DNA from: Terriglobia bacterium
Lineage (GTDB): Bacteria; Acidobacteriota; Terriglobia; Versatilivoradales; Versatilivoraceae
DNA: 64,000 nt
Direction of reading: 5' to 3'
Assembly (NCBI GenBank): GCA_951813285.1
Contig: OX638355.1
Location: forward strand, 1,424,653 to 1,488,652
Below the pieces are notes generated by a model, which was not told where the DNA came from, did no database searches, and worked only from the letters and a program-made list of their open reading frames with translations. The translations under genes were made by a program, and so were the position numbers. Below, in pieces: positions 63,079 to 64,000 of the stretch. Every line of letters begins with the position of its first letter. Position 1 is the first letter of the stretch.

Positions 63079-63217
63079 GGAAACCTCCCGTGCAGGCACT
63101 TGATGGACATCGTCGGAATCACCAGCCCGTCGCACGCTGTAGCCGATTCGGTCGGGATTTTACATGCTCGACCCTTCAAACTCAACTAGTCGAATGATCC
63201 GAAGGGGGGGCGGGTGA

Positions 63218-64000
63218 TCAGGCGCCGAACTTGGCAAAGAGTCCCGCGTTAGCCATCATCAATCGAATCAAGTATTTGCTCTGGAATATCCCTAGCGAGC
63301 CCCGATTGGCGCAGGTTTCGGTGAAGCGGCTCAGTCCGTCGCTCCCGGAAACCGGACTGTTCAACAGAACCGGCTGGGGGTGCCAACTGTGAGATTTCAG
63401 CGCCACCGGGGTGGAATGGTCTCCCGTTACGGCCAGCACCAGGGGACGCTTTTGCAAGAGAATGGGTAGAGCCTGGTCCACGGCCTCGATGACGGTCACC
63501 TTCCCATCGAAATCGCCGTCCTCCCCGGACATGTCCGTACCCTTGACGTGGATGAAGAAATAGTCGAAGCCTTCGAGCTCGTCGAGGTACTGTCGAAACT
63601 GTTGCCCGATGTCTCTTGCTTCTTTCAGAGTCCGCATTCCGATCAGTTGGGCCAGTCCCCGGTACATGGGATAAGCGGCAATCGCCGCGGCCCTCAGTCG
63701 GAACCGCTCCTCAAAGCCGGGGATTCGGGGGAGGCTGCCAATGCCCCTCAAGAGGAAACTGTTGGCTGGATAGTCTTCCGCCAGCAGAGGCATGGCCTGC
63801 CGGTAGAAGCGGGCGATCACCTCGGCCGCCTTCCTGACCTTTCGCTCCCGGCTTTGGGCTACGATCGGCCTTACGGGAAGACCTGTGCCGTGAGGGTCGG
63901 AATCCGGGAGAGGCCCGGCGATCCCGCCTCCGCGGAAAACCACCACGAAGCGATGAGATCTCCCGCGGCGGACAATAACCTCCGTCTCGCCGATCCTGCC
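63218..64000 (-). CDS. apgM: cofactor-independent phosphoglycerate mutase, archaeal-type (ApgM), C-terminal part; gene continues past the right window edge
   Basis: Frame is open to 64000 (GRIGETEVIVRRGRSHRFVVVFRGGG...). FFIHVKGTDMSGEDGD, AVTGDHSTP, HSWHPQPVLL motifs of the alkaline-phosphatase-superfamily ApgM. Confidence 0.8.
   Translation of the reverse strand, partial: GRIGETEVIVRRGRSHRFVVVFRGGGIAGPLPDSDPHGTGLPVRPIVAQSRERKVRKAAEVIARFYRQAMPLLAEDYPANSFLLRGIGSLPRIPGFEERFRLRAAAIAAYPMYRGLAQLIGMRTLKEARDIGQQFRQYLDELEGFDYFFIHVKGTDMSGEDGDFDGKVTVIEAVDQALPILLQKRPLVLAVTGDHSTPVALKSHSWHPQPVLLNSPVSGSDGLSRFTETCANRGSLGIFQSKYLIRLMMANAGLFAKFGA

Noticed and set aside
63079-63217. Cobalamin riboswitch upstream of the URO-D-like gene
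   Set aside because: The 139-nt gap is too short for the aptamer, and I see no B12-box-like GCCACTG core.

Overview
GC-rich bacterial chromosomal segment with about 50 protein-coding genes. I recognise no rRNA, tRNA, CRISPR array, cas, phage or transposase genes. Gene content suggests an Acidobacteriota-like organism (inference): two TIGR03436-like VWFA proteins, a CarboxypepD_reg-fused TonB-dependent receptor, a giant SBBP propeller protein, and a Planctomycete-style PSCyt/DUF1553 + DUF1501 pair. The left part is mostly housekeeping: glmS, a GlmU-like nucleotidyltransferase, M16 peptidase, ECF sigma/anti-sigma, aminotransferase, rsmI, nadE plus a separate CN-hydrolase, lptD, ilvBN, lexA-cca-mutM, hup and a fused moaD-moaE. 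The right part is accessory. It holds an orphan type III PKS and a secreted carbohydrate-type cluster (DUF1080, CBM9-like, Gfo/Idh/MocA, large metallohydrolase). It also holds creatininase-family + SDR genes, the PSCyt/DUF1553-DUF1501 pair, and two convergent sugar-acid-type operons (DUF4432, two DapA-like, enolase-superfamily, 2-hydroxyacid DH, TIM-barrel isomerase). Last come a PQQ-like propeller carrying an EF-hand pair and a corrinoid protein + UroD-family methyltransferase pair. The structure least explained by gene annotation is a set of interrelated non-coding repeats: (A) a ~220-bp MITE-like element with 24-bp terminal inverted repeats, two copies; (B) a ~60-75-bp element built from ACGAAG words phased every 10 bp, four copies, each just 3' of a stop codon and co-oriented with that gene; (C) a 263-bp unit in tandem. 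A, B and C are nested together in the 950-bp gap between the CN-hydrolase gene and nadE. Other unexplained signals are a perfect 29-bp inverted repeat pair after ilvN, an exactly conserved 18-mer (GAATTTTGCAAAAGGCTC) at three intergenic sites, and a ~240-bp AT-rich island upstream of ilvB. Many long ORFs in the supplied track are antisense or out-of-frame shadows of real genes, as is typical at high GC, and were not called. No candidate here is proven to be a novel system. The repeat superfamily, the 18-mer and the corrinoid methyltransferase pair are my best leads.
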